Source: Octopus bimaculoides
Lineage: Eukaryota
Assembly (NCBI RefSeq): GCF_001194135.2
Contig: NC_069001.1
Location: 10,776,758 to 10,810,391 of the forward strand
Reading direction: 5' to 3'
DNA: 33,634 nt
Below are positions 24,106 through 33,634 of the stretch, piece by piece. The notes under the pieces were generated by a model. The model did not search any database and was not told where the DNA came from. It was given only the letters and a program-made list of their open reading frames with translations. A program made the translations under genes and the position numbers. The stretch's first letter is position 1. Each line of letters starts with the position of its first letter.

Positions 24106-24140
<35 letters not shown>
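22569..24140. repeat. Long GT-rich simple-repeat tract containing a degenerate minisatellite (gtaatt...catatttct...ttccaag)
   Basis: The unit recurs at ~23574, ~23641, ~23721, ~23974 and ~24054, separated by (GT)n. Confidence 0.85.
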
Positions 24141-24146
<6 letters not shown>

Positions 24147-24344
24147 GAGTTCAAATGTATGCATATACGACCAGCTGCTTATGATAATATATGGTTGTGT
24201 ATTTGCGACATTGGGGACATCTATGCGATTTTCTTTGCGTTTACATGAATGTCTCTTTGTGTGTGTATATATGTGTGCTTGTGTGTCCGAGTCCGTCTGT
24301 GCGTACGTATGAAGGAGTATGCGTGTGCCTGTGTGTATGTATGC

Positions 24345-24525
24345 TTCTATTCTTTTACTTGTTTCGGTCATTTGAGTGCGGCCATGCTGGATCACCGCCT
24401 TTAATCGAACAAATCGATCCCAGGTCTTATTCATTGTAAGCCTTGTATTATTGTATACGCTAAGTTACGGGGACGTAAGCACACTAACATCGGTTGACAA
24501 GCGATGGTGGGGGACAAACACAGAC
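24345..24525 (-). mobile_element. SINE family A, 3' part
   Basis: ttttacttgtttcggtcatttgagtgcggccatgctgg...gctaagttacggggacgt...gcgatggtgggggacaaac. Confidence 0.88.
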
Positions 24526-24543
24526 ACACACACACATATTCAT

Positions 24544-24741
24544 TTATTCTTTTATATGTTTCAGTCATTTGACTGTGGCCATGTTGGAGCACTGCCTTTA
24601 GTCGAGCAAATCGACACCAAGACTTATTCTTTGTAAGCCTAGTACTTATCCTATCGTTCTTTTTGCCGAGCCGCTAAGTTACGGGGACGCAACCACACCA
24701 ACATCGGTTGTCAAACGATGATGGGGGAGAAACACAGACGC

Positions 24742-24742
<1 letters not shown>
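24544..24742 (-). mobile_element. SINE family A, 3' part (second tandem copy)
   Basis: tttcagtcatttgactgtggccatgttggagcactgcctttagtcgagcaaatcgac...cgctaagttacggggacg. Confidence 0.9.
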
Positions 24743-24778
<36 letters not shown>

Positions 24779-24784
24779 TATATA

Positions 24785-24835
24785 CTAGCAGAGACACCCG
24801 GCGTCGCTCGGGATTAAAATGGTATAGGTTATTTG

Positions 24836-24877
<42 letters not shown>

Positions 24878-26871
24878 ACAGTTAGGTTGAAACAAGTGAA
24901 TCGGGAAAGTGCAGCATTGACGACAAAACGTTTGTGGAGTAAATGATGGTCTAATTCGACTAATCGACATGTAATACATCGGAGGATTGGAGGATTCCAA
25001 GTGCTAACCTATCATGGAAAATTGGGGGTGAAGGTATGTAATTTTCTGACCCACCGAAAAGTTCAGTGGAATACTCTCCTTTGAGGCGGTCAGCGCTACG
25101 TCTAACACGACCCGTGGTATGGTTGACAGTCAAATGAATGGAGGTGTAATGGAGATATTCTAGGTAAATGGGTACATTCTAGAAACGGGTTGCAATGGGA
25201 GACGGTAAGGAGCTGGTAGTGCTTGCAATCTTACCTTACCGCCTGAGCAGCACATGCCATTTCTTTAATTTGGAAATTTGAAAGCTTTGCAGAAACGACA
25301 ATTTGAGTGTAGCACACCATTTTGTACAGAATTATCATTTTTATAGGAATAGGATGGATAATATCTGAAAGCAGCTCCTGGTGTTGCGAAGAGCGAATTT
25401 GCATGTGATCTATTTCTGAGCGCTATTGTATTGGACCTCTGTCTAATCTGGCGTGCTAAACGTTGTTCTAATGATTCAGCATTAAGTATTGCAGCATGCC
25501 TTAGCTAATATTGGGAAAATCTCATCTCCCTTCTCTCTTAAGACTGACGTGCTGCGGAATGCATCTGCTGACTTTGAAAAAGACTCGTCTCTTTTCTCTG
25601 TCGAGACACTCGCCTTTGTTTTCTATAACCGTCCTCGCTTTATACGTGTTTCTGGGGGGATTACGTCTTTTCTTTAGTGGCATATTTTTTCAATATTTTA
25701 AACAAAAAATTAGGAACATAGAAAAAATATACATTAATCTCTATTTTTGTAAGCAATTGTAAATATATATCATGTCTGTATTTTTGCATGCTGTGTAAAT
25801 TTATGAAATATAAGCAAATGAACGAAAAAGCACATGTATGGAACTGTTAATTTCACGGTAAATGCTATAAAAATTATTACAGAGAGACAAAGAATTTTAT
25901 GTCTTACCTTGCAACTTCTGCGATAATTATCATCCAGCGGTAATGAATCCGTAAATATGTATTGTTTTAAAGTCAATGAATATAAAATTTTGTTTTGGCA
26001 ATGGCCAACTCACACTTCTTGCATGTCAGTCGTCCACAAAGTATATAAAACAAGCAACACACAACGAGAAGAAAGAGACAAAAATAAAATAACACGTGTC
26101 AATTTTTTTTTTTTTTTTGTAAAAACGTCCATTGACGGTTAACTGGAGTGTGGGGTTCGAGTAGATGTCATTCCACTTTTTGATTTATTATTACCATTCT
26201 TTTCGTTCGATTTTATTTTTCGTTCACTTTCGTGTTCTTTCTGTCCTTGTGTTGTTCCCTCTGTGTTGCGACCCTGTGTGGTTAATAAAAAAATTAAGTC
26301 GTCAGGTATGTATATGTATGAGTAGATGTGTATGCATGTGTATGTGTGTGTGTGTGTGTTTAATAACGTACCGTATATACTATGTCTGTACTTTTGTATG
26401 CAGTATAAATTAAGGAAATAGAAGCACTTGTACAGAGAGACAAAGAATTTTATATTTTTACCTGCTAACCTTGGAACAGTAAATGTGTATTGTTTTAAAG
26501 GAAATGAAAATAAAATTTCGTATTGACACTTCACGCATGTCACTCGTCAAGTATGTATGCGTAGATCTGTAAAAGTGTTTAATAACGTACCGTGATACTG
26601 AAATAGTGGAAAAGTTTCATTTTTAAAGTGAAAGTATTTGACATGAGTGTTTTGTTTCACTTTTGACACGTAATATTTAAATACTGGAGGAGATATTATG
26701 CTGCTGTGGGCTCGAACTATGCGAGAAGTTAAAAATTTGTTCTTACTAAAACACAACCGGGACCCTAAGTAAGGCATGTGTAAAATTTGAATGAAATTGG
26801 TTGTGTAGTTCTGGAGTTTTAGGGATTCACACAGACACACACATACATTCTCAATTTTATATATGCATAGA
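24785..26871 (-). mobile_element. Non-autonomous Helitron with both termini (~2.09 kb)
   Basis: On the minus strand it begins A|TC at 26871 and ends CTAG|T at 24785. A GC-rich CCCG...CGGG hairpin (24797-24812) lies 8 nt before the CTAG. It is inserted in an AT dinucleotide with no target duplication and contains a RepHel N-terminal remnant. Confidence 0.85.
25204..25683 (-). pseudogene. Helitron RepHel N-terminal remnant (23-aa repeats plus C-x2-C...CC zinc-binding motif)
   Basis: Manual translation: QS*ERREMRFSQY*LRHAAILNAESLEQRLARQ...GAAFRYYPSYSYKNDNSVQNGVLHSNCRFCKAFKFPN*RNGMCCSGGKVRLQALP. This matches the Helitron AAF.Y...C.HC.A.KF..E..GMCC..GKV.L motif. Missed by the ORF track because of stops. 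Confidence 0.85.
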
Positions 26872-27203
26872 TTACCAGTAGGGTATATAATATACTTCAT
26901 TAATTATATCTTACTTTAGTTAATACTTATATTTATTAACTATGAAGGAACTACATGTGTTTCAGTATTGGAAGATTACAATATACATATACACAACTGT
27001 ATACCCATATATATNNNNNNNNNNAAAACCTTTATCGGTAAGACTATTTATCATTATAAATATACAGGGATTAGCAATTGAGTTGCTTCTCCAACATACT
27101 GAAAATTTAGAAATAGCAGTCAAAGAACTACTGATTCCAAACTACAAATTTTCTCTCAAGTGGATGGCGATACTTATGGCACACATAGAACATATATATA
27201 TAT

Positions 27204-27365
27204 ACGACGTGCTTCTTTCAGTTTCTGTCTACCAAATCCACTCACAAGGCTTTAGCCTGCCCGAGGCTATAATAGAAGATACTTGCCGAAGGTGCCATGC
27301 AGTGGGACTGAAACCGGAACCATGTGGCTTGTAAGCAAGCTACTTACCACGCAGCCACTCCTACG
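27204..27365 (-). mobile_element. SINE family A, 5' head/core
   Basis: cttctttcagtttctgtctaccaaatccactcacaaggcttt...gtgccatgcagtgggactgaaaccggaaccatgtgg...cagccactcctacg. Confidence 0.9.
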
Positions 27366-27535
27366 ACGGGTTTCTTTTAGACCCGTCAACCAAACCCACT
27401 CATAAGGCTTTGGTCGGCCCGTGGCTATACTAGAAGATACTTGGCCAAGATGCCGCGCCGTGGGACTGAACCTGGAACCATGGGGTTGGGAATCAAGCTT
27501 CTTACCACACAGTCACTCTTTACCACACAGCCATA
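27363..27535 (-). mobile_element. SINE family A, 5' head/core (second tandem copy, more diverged)
   Basis: cccactcataaggctttggtcggccc...gtgggactgaacctggaaccatgg...cttaccacacag. Confidence 0.85.
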
Positions 27536-27616
27536 TGAATTATGTTTGTATGTGTGTGAGTTTACGGAAATGTATAGATTGAAGCGTTCTCTGAATGCTT
27601 GCAAAAGTACGTTTGC

Positions 27617-27647
<31 letters not shown>

Positions 27648-28074
27648 TGTGTGCGTGTGTGCATGTGTGTGTGTATTTATTTGTGGTGTGTATCTGTTTG
27701 TATGTGTTTTGTATGCTTATTTCAGCATGTGTGTGTATGTGCGTGTGAGGTGTGTATATTTTGCGAATGTGTGCGTTTGCGTGTGTGAGTGAGTGTGTGT
27801 GTTTGTGTGAGCATGTGTGTGCGTGTATGGGCGCGCTTTGTCGATATTGAATAAATAATTTTGCAGCTTCTATATCAAAAAGTATAAAAGGCGGTAAAAT
27901 GAGCTGGGTGTGGAGGGTAGGGCTGCAAGGGTACCCGTGTAAGTGTACCTGAGTGCGTGTATGTTGTTTAATGAGTTGGCAGAACAATGGAAAGATAAAG
28001 ATATTCGTGTGTGCATATGTTCGTGTATTCGGGTGTATTCCTTTATGAGTGTGTATGGATGGATGGGTGAATGA

Positions 28075-28076
<2 letters not shown>

Positions 28077-28125
<49 letters not shown>

Positions 28126-28152
28126 CACACATACATACATACATACATACAT
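28077..28152. repeat. (ATAG)n followed by (CATA)n
   Basis: Direct reading. Confidence 0.95.
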
Positions 28153-29063
28153 ATTTTCTCGTATAGATCTGAAAATTTTATATCCACAATCGAGTGAAAG
28201 CAATAATGAAGTTTTTAAACAAAATGGAGTGGAAAAAAAAACTATTTTAAAAAGACGAAATCTGGCAGAGAAGGGACGTGGGTCGGGGTTAGAACATTAA
28301 TTTTAGGCAAGGAGTGAATTTGGTCATAGAACAGTAACGATTTCTTTGAGAAAAAAAGCCAGGAGAATTTGCATTGACGAATACAGAGAACACTTACCGA
28401 ATACATGAAAGAAATTTCAAATGTTTTAAATTCAATAGATAAAGAAGATATGAATGATAGAACCGTACAAATGAATACAGTCGGAAATATTTATGTACGG
28501 GTATGTTTGGATGTGTTGTATGTATGTATATATANNNNNNNNNNNNNNNNNNNNNNNNNNNNNNNNNNNNNNNNNNNNNNNNNNNNNNNNNNNNNNNNNN
28601 NNNNNNNNNNNNNNNNNNNNNNNNNNNNNNNNNNNNNNNNNNNNNNNNNNNNNNNNNNNNNNNNNNNNNNNNNNNNNNNNNNNNNNNNNNNNNNNNNNNN
28701 NNNNNNNNNNNNNNNNNNNNNNNNNNNNNNNNNNNNNNNNNNNNNNNNNNNNNNNNNNNNNNNNNNNNNNNNNNNNNNNNNNNNNNNNNNNNNNNNNNNN
28801 NNNNNNNNNNNNNNNNNNNNNNNNNNNNNNNNNNNNNNNNNNNNNNNNNNNNNNNNNNNNNNNNNNNNNNNNNNNNNNNNNNNNNNNNNNNNNNNNNNNN
28901 NNNNNNNNNNNNNNNNNNNNNNNNNNNNNNNNNNNNNNNNNNNNNNNNNNNNNNNNNNNNNNNNNNNNNNNNNNNNNNNNNNNNNNNNNNNNNNNNNNNN
29001 NNNNNNNNNNNNNNNNNNNNNNNNNNNNNNNNNNNNNNNNNNNNNNNNNNNNNNNNNNNNNNN

Positions 29064-29116
<53 letters not shown>

Positions 29117-29484
29117 CACTCTCATATGCGCGAGCACATACACATACACACACACGCACGCACGCACGCACATACACACGCAGATATGGAGAAAGAAGAT
29201 TCATTCCTCCACAGAGAATAACAGAATCATATACAAAGAATTATATCTGAGAATCGTGACAAATCTTTAACGTAAAGAAAAAACAAAAACATATATGAAA
29301 TATATGCACCGCAACGATATCTAATGTCTCGGTTGATATTAACGATGATGGTCATGGTGATATGTTGATCATAATGGGTGTATTCGTCATAAGAGTATTA
29401 ATAGTCATAAATGAAATCTATGACGATCATAACTGTGACAATGGTAATGATAGTGTTTATGACAATAGGATGAAAAGATAATAA

Positions 29485-29781
29485 TTATTATTGTTGTTAT
29501 TATTATTATTGTTCAGTAGTTTTATTTTTATAACGTGCTTTCACTTCATTACCGAGCGCAGCTCTGTGTGCCTTGGGTATGTGCTGTGGTTTGCTGTGAT
29601 GCTCTTATGGTTACTGTATTGAAAGTGTTTTGCGTAGAATGTGTGCAGTACCCAGTAGTGCAATTTTCTGTATTTATATATATTTGTAAGTCCTGGTGTT
29701 TTTGTCATGTATTTGTCTGAATATTTTTTTATTATACCTAAGGCACCTACTATGATAGGAATTGTTTCTGTTTTTAGATTC

Positions 29782-29783
<2 letters not shown>
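29485..29783 (-). mobile_element. 5'-truncated R4/Dong LINE: last ~57 codons, 3' UTR and (AAT)n tail
   Basis: Minus-strand translation WNLKTETIPIIVGALGIIKKYSDKYMTKTPGLTNIY, then after a frameshift IQKIALLGTAHILRKTLSIQ* (stop 29611-29613). This is the IPI.IGALG...IQK.ALLGTA.ILR C-terminus of R4/Dong proteins. Flanked by (ATT)n on both sides. Confidence 0.9.
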
Positions 29784-29850
<67 letters not shown>

Positions 29851-29864
29851 CATTATTATTATTA
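29783..29864. repeat. (ATT)n trinucleotide repeat
   Basis: Direct reading; source of the poly-I and poly-Y ORFs. Confidence 0.97.
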
Positions 29865-30348
29865 TGGCTGCCATGCTGTGGACAGAAATTTGGAACTCCG
29901 TAAGTTGAAATAATAAAATAATATCCTTCTATCAAGAACCATCATATTATTGTTGCTGTTCAGTTCCAGGTCATCCCTAATCAAGCAAATATATGGTGAA
30001 ACACTGTTCCACCAATGAACAGAACATTTTTCCCTTTTACTAATGTTTATCGCCACCTAAACGAGGCACTACTGCTATTTTAACTCCAGGAGGACATCTC
30101 CTCCAGCTGGCTATTCCGTGCCCTTTGCACTCGATATATATTGCAAACAGAGTGAGAACTCCCTACTTCCCTACTGTCCAAGTTTTTTTTTTCTGTGTAT
30201 TTTCAAGGTTTAAATAATAGAAAGAAGGTCAGTGCCCTTCGATTCTTTTCAGGGCGTCCAAGACATATAGTCGGGTGTTATTCTTAGACTGCGAACTGGT
30301 GCGACTACACAGAACACGAAAACTAGGCCAAGTAGATCTATTACTTTT

Positions 30349-30476
30349 CACTCACAAGGCTTTGATAAACCCGGTGTTTTGTTTGGAAGAAGATATTTGC
30401 TCAGCGTGCCGCACAGAAGGATTGATCCCGAAACCCTGATGATTTGAAGCTAAATTCTTAATCATGCCTGCACCTA
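30349..30476 (-). mobile_element. SINE family A head, highly diverged
   Basis: cactcacaaggctttgat...gaagatatttgctcagcgtgccgcac...gatcccgaaacc aligns loosely with the family A head. Confidence 0.6.
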
Positions 30477-31184
30477 TAAAAGTATCCAGTCTGTCCATTT
30501 TTTAAGACGGTGTTACTTGGAGATGTATCTGCTATTTTCTTGTAAGATAGATTCTCTTTCGTTAACTACTTTTGCACGTAATGAAGTTGGGTGGTTTCTC
30601 TTTCTATCTTTCTTATTTTTTTTCTTCGTTTTGGTTTGTTTTTGTTCTTGTTTTGTATTTGTCTTGTTTTTTTTTCTTTCTTTTTGCGTGTGAATGTGTT
30701 TGCCATCGGGAAAACACGTTCTTTCGTCGACTTCATTTTCATTTTCAATAAATTAAACGCAAACTTATGGAAAGAAAAAATAAATAAATAAAGCAACTGA
30801 CCAACGCAGCTGCAGTGTTTCAGATAATTTCTCCCACATCTCTCATAGTTACCTCTTACTACACCTCCACTTTCAACTGTCATCTGGCGTTGTTGACTTG
30901 TCCTTAAAGACACAATTTCCCATCTACTCCGACAATTGACAATAAAAAAATATACATTTATCTTATTTCTCGCCCTCCCCAACATGTTTCTAGCAAAGAA
31001 GCAATGAATAGGTTTTGCTCTCCTCTCTTTCACCTCTAATGGCAAATAAAAACAATCCAAATAAAAAAAATGGCAGCCACATTCAAATCAAACACACAAA
31101 GCAGGACGAGTATTCCGTTTATTGTGATTATAGACTATTTGACCTTCACAGACTGGATATAAAAATAATGATAACCTTATATAA

Positions 31185-31370
31185 TTATTTTATCGGCACA
31201 AGGCACAAGGCACAAGGCCTAAAATTCAGGGTAAGGAGCTAGTCGATTATATCGATCACAGTTGCTCAACTGGTACTTTATTTCATCGACCACGAAAGAA
31301 TGAAATGCGAAGTAGATATCGACGGAATTATAAATTCAGAACGTAAAGACGAACGAAATACGTCGAAGGT
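31185..31370 (-). mobile_element. SINE family B copy
   Basis: gtcgattatatcgatc...actggtactttatttcatcgaccacgaaag...aattcagaacgtaaagacgaacgaaat; carries a (CACAAGG)x3 expansion at ~31197. Confidence 0.75.
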
Positions 31371-32656
31371 CCACCACCACATATTCATGCATGTAGAACG
31401 CATTCGCCATTTACACTCCCCAACTTCGTAATTTAATTCATTTGCTGTATTCTCAATAACGTTGTGTCACTTAATGTCTAATAAAAGCATTGCGATTCGT
31501 GGTTTTGCGGTATTTTAACTGCAATATCGGTTCCGTTTTTCCTTTCAACTCGTAACTTCATTACACCTATATAACTAATCCCTCTAAATTTAAATATTTA
31601 ACTGGCATAAATTTATAAATGTATATCTTTATGCTGACGTTGATTATTGCCTAAACTACTTTCATTATTCTAGCATACATATTTATTTGCTTATGCCAAC
31701 GCTATCTTCCTGTCATTATGTGGATCGCTTTCTCTATTGGATTTTATCTGTTCTGTCTCTATTTATATATTTATAGCTTATGATTGCTGCCTCTGTTATT
31801 ATGGTTATCTCCATATATTAATTATTTCGTTTCCTTTTTCTTCTTTTCGTTCTTTTCCCTCCATTTCCTCTGAAATTTCGTAGTGAACGTCGATTTTCTC
31901 TGTTTTCCCTTATGTTTTTCCCCTCAGTTATAATCTCCCATAGTTAAAACTAATATTCTATACTATAATTAATCAAGACAAATTAAGTAAATAATTAAGT
32001 ACAGTTGGAATTTATTAACCATGCTACTCCTTATTGAAGTAAACAACAGAACACAGTAATAAAAGTTCATTTTAGAACAACGGCAACTGTCTTCGAATAT
32101 GTATTGATAGAGTGAAATGCCATACTTAGCGCCGGCTATCATCCGGTATACAAGCATGTTTTGCCAGTACCAGCCTTTATGAGAGAGGTTGCTAAGTTTA
32201 GTAACATCTTTAGAAAAGAAATGTCTTTTAAATATTCTTTTATTTACAACTTCATTCTGCAGTCGTCGCTCGTGATCAACATACCGTATTACTACTACCC
32301 GTATTACATTTCTTAAATTATGGTAATTCTGATAAGAATTTTCATTTGCTAATAATCTCTCGATTAATGAACATGTCACCGCTTCACTATATATTTGGCT
32401 AGCCTGATGAGTTGAGAGTCGCGTAACGCATTACATAATCTTATGGATGTTGATGTTCATGCTGCATACCTGACTGTGGTATGCTTATTTCACAATTAAA
32501 ACTTAATAAAACAGTACTAGAAATGAAATATAGCAGTACATATATACAGGCATACATAGGTACATACATNNNNNNNNNNNNNNNNNNNNNNNNNNNNNNN
32601 NNNNNNNNNNNNNNNNNNNNNNNNNNNNNNNNNNNNNNNNNNNNNNTATATGTATA

Positions 32657-32700
<44 letters not shown>

Positions 32701-33194
32701 TGTTTGTATCTATATACGTGTGGATATTTGTGAGCTTGTGTGCTTACGTGTCAGATGTTTACCACGAGATACAAACATGCGCAGTCGACACATAAGTTAG
32801 ATAACTACTTAAAGAGAAGCACCCTACAAGAGATCGTGAATGCTAAATAAACATTAGATTACGTAAGAGGGTGAAAATGGCCGGTGGCGATAACAGGCGC
32901 ATAAATACATACGCCTCAATTGATGTACACTTGTAAAATACCAAACGTGCCGTTATTACATCCACACATGAATAGACAAACGCACACACACTTGCACATA
33001 TATATACACAAATATACATATCACAAACATATATATATACGCATGTTCATGTTTGTTTGTACGCGTGTGTTTATATGTATTTGTACATAATTCCATGGCG
33101 ATAGAAATACAAAAAAAAACTTTAAATACGGTTATGCAGAAATACGTGCCAATATTGTTTGCTTGTTTGTTTGTTTATATGTGGGTTCGTGCTT

Positions 33195-33198
33195 ACGT

Positions 33199-33255
<57 letters not shown>

Positions 33256-33539
33256 TGTGTGTGTGTGAATGTACACATGAACATATATGAGTATGTGTGT
33301 TTTCACATATATATGTGTGTGTGTCTGCCTGTGTGTGTATATGTGTGTGTAATATATGCGTATGTATGTATATATGTATGTATATATGTATATACCTATA
33401 TATATATGTATGTATGCATGCATGTATGCATGTATGTATGGGTGGATGTATATAGAGAGTGAGTTATAATACAGAATATATATATTCTATATTGTAAGTG
33501 CATATTCATATATATATGTATATACGTGTGTGTGCGTGC

Positions 33540-33579
<40 letters not shown>

Positions 33580-33634
33580 CACATATATATCATACACAAA
33601 CATATACACACATACATATTTATACATATATATA
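33195..33634. repeat. (GT)n/(TA)n/(TATG)n compound microsatellite
   Basis: Direct reading. Confidence 0.9.

Noticed and set aside
31969-32379. 136-aa non-repetitive minus-strand ORF
   Set aside because: It starts at GTG, has no recognisable motif and no convincing splice boundaries. One ORF of this length is unremarkable in 34 kb; a BLAST hit would change this.
32401-32435. CTGATGAG...GTAACGCAT resembling a third hammerhead
   Set aside because: GAAA is replaced by GTAA, and neither helix I nor helix II can be paired convincingly.

Overview
AT-rich, microsatellite-saturated animal DNA from a gappy draft assembly (10 N-runs). The SINE families and repeat landscape suggest a cephalopod (Octopus-like) genome; this is an inference. 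I cannot support any host protein-coding gene, and almost all ORFs in the track are translations of (CA)n/(TA)n/(GATA)n repeats or of gaps. What can be supported is a set of decayed mobile elements. These are about 14 copies of two tRNA-derived SINE families; a terminus-complete 2.1-kb non-autonomous Helitron with a decayed RepHel N-terminus; a second remnant with Helitron-type 23-aa repeats; two R4/Dong LINE fragments, one sitting in its (TAA)n target; an internally deleted L1/Tx1-like LINE; and two Tc1/mariner transposase 5' fragments. The most interesting signals are two unrelated candidate minimal hammerhead ribozymes of the Penelope type. One is a U3-A8 core variant present twice in a ~110-bp inverted repeat (2941-3322). 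The other is a near-canonical GUC hammerhead with a single inserted base (20289-20328). Coordinates of degenerate elements are approximate.
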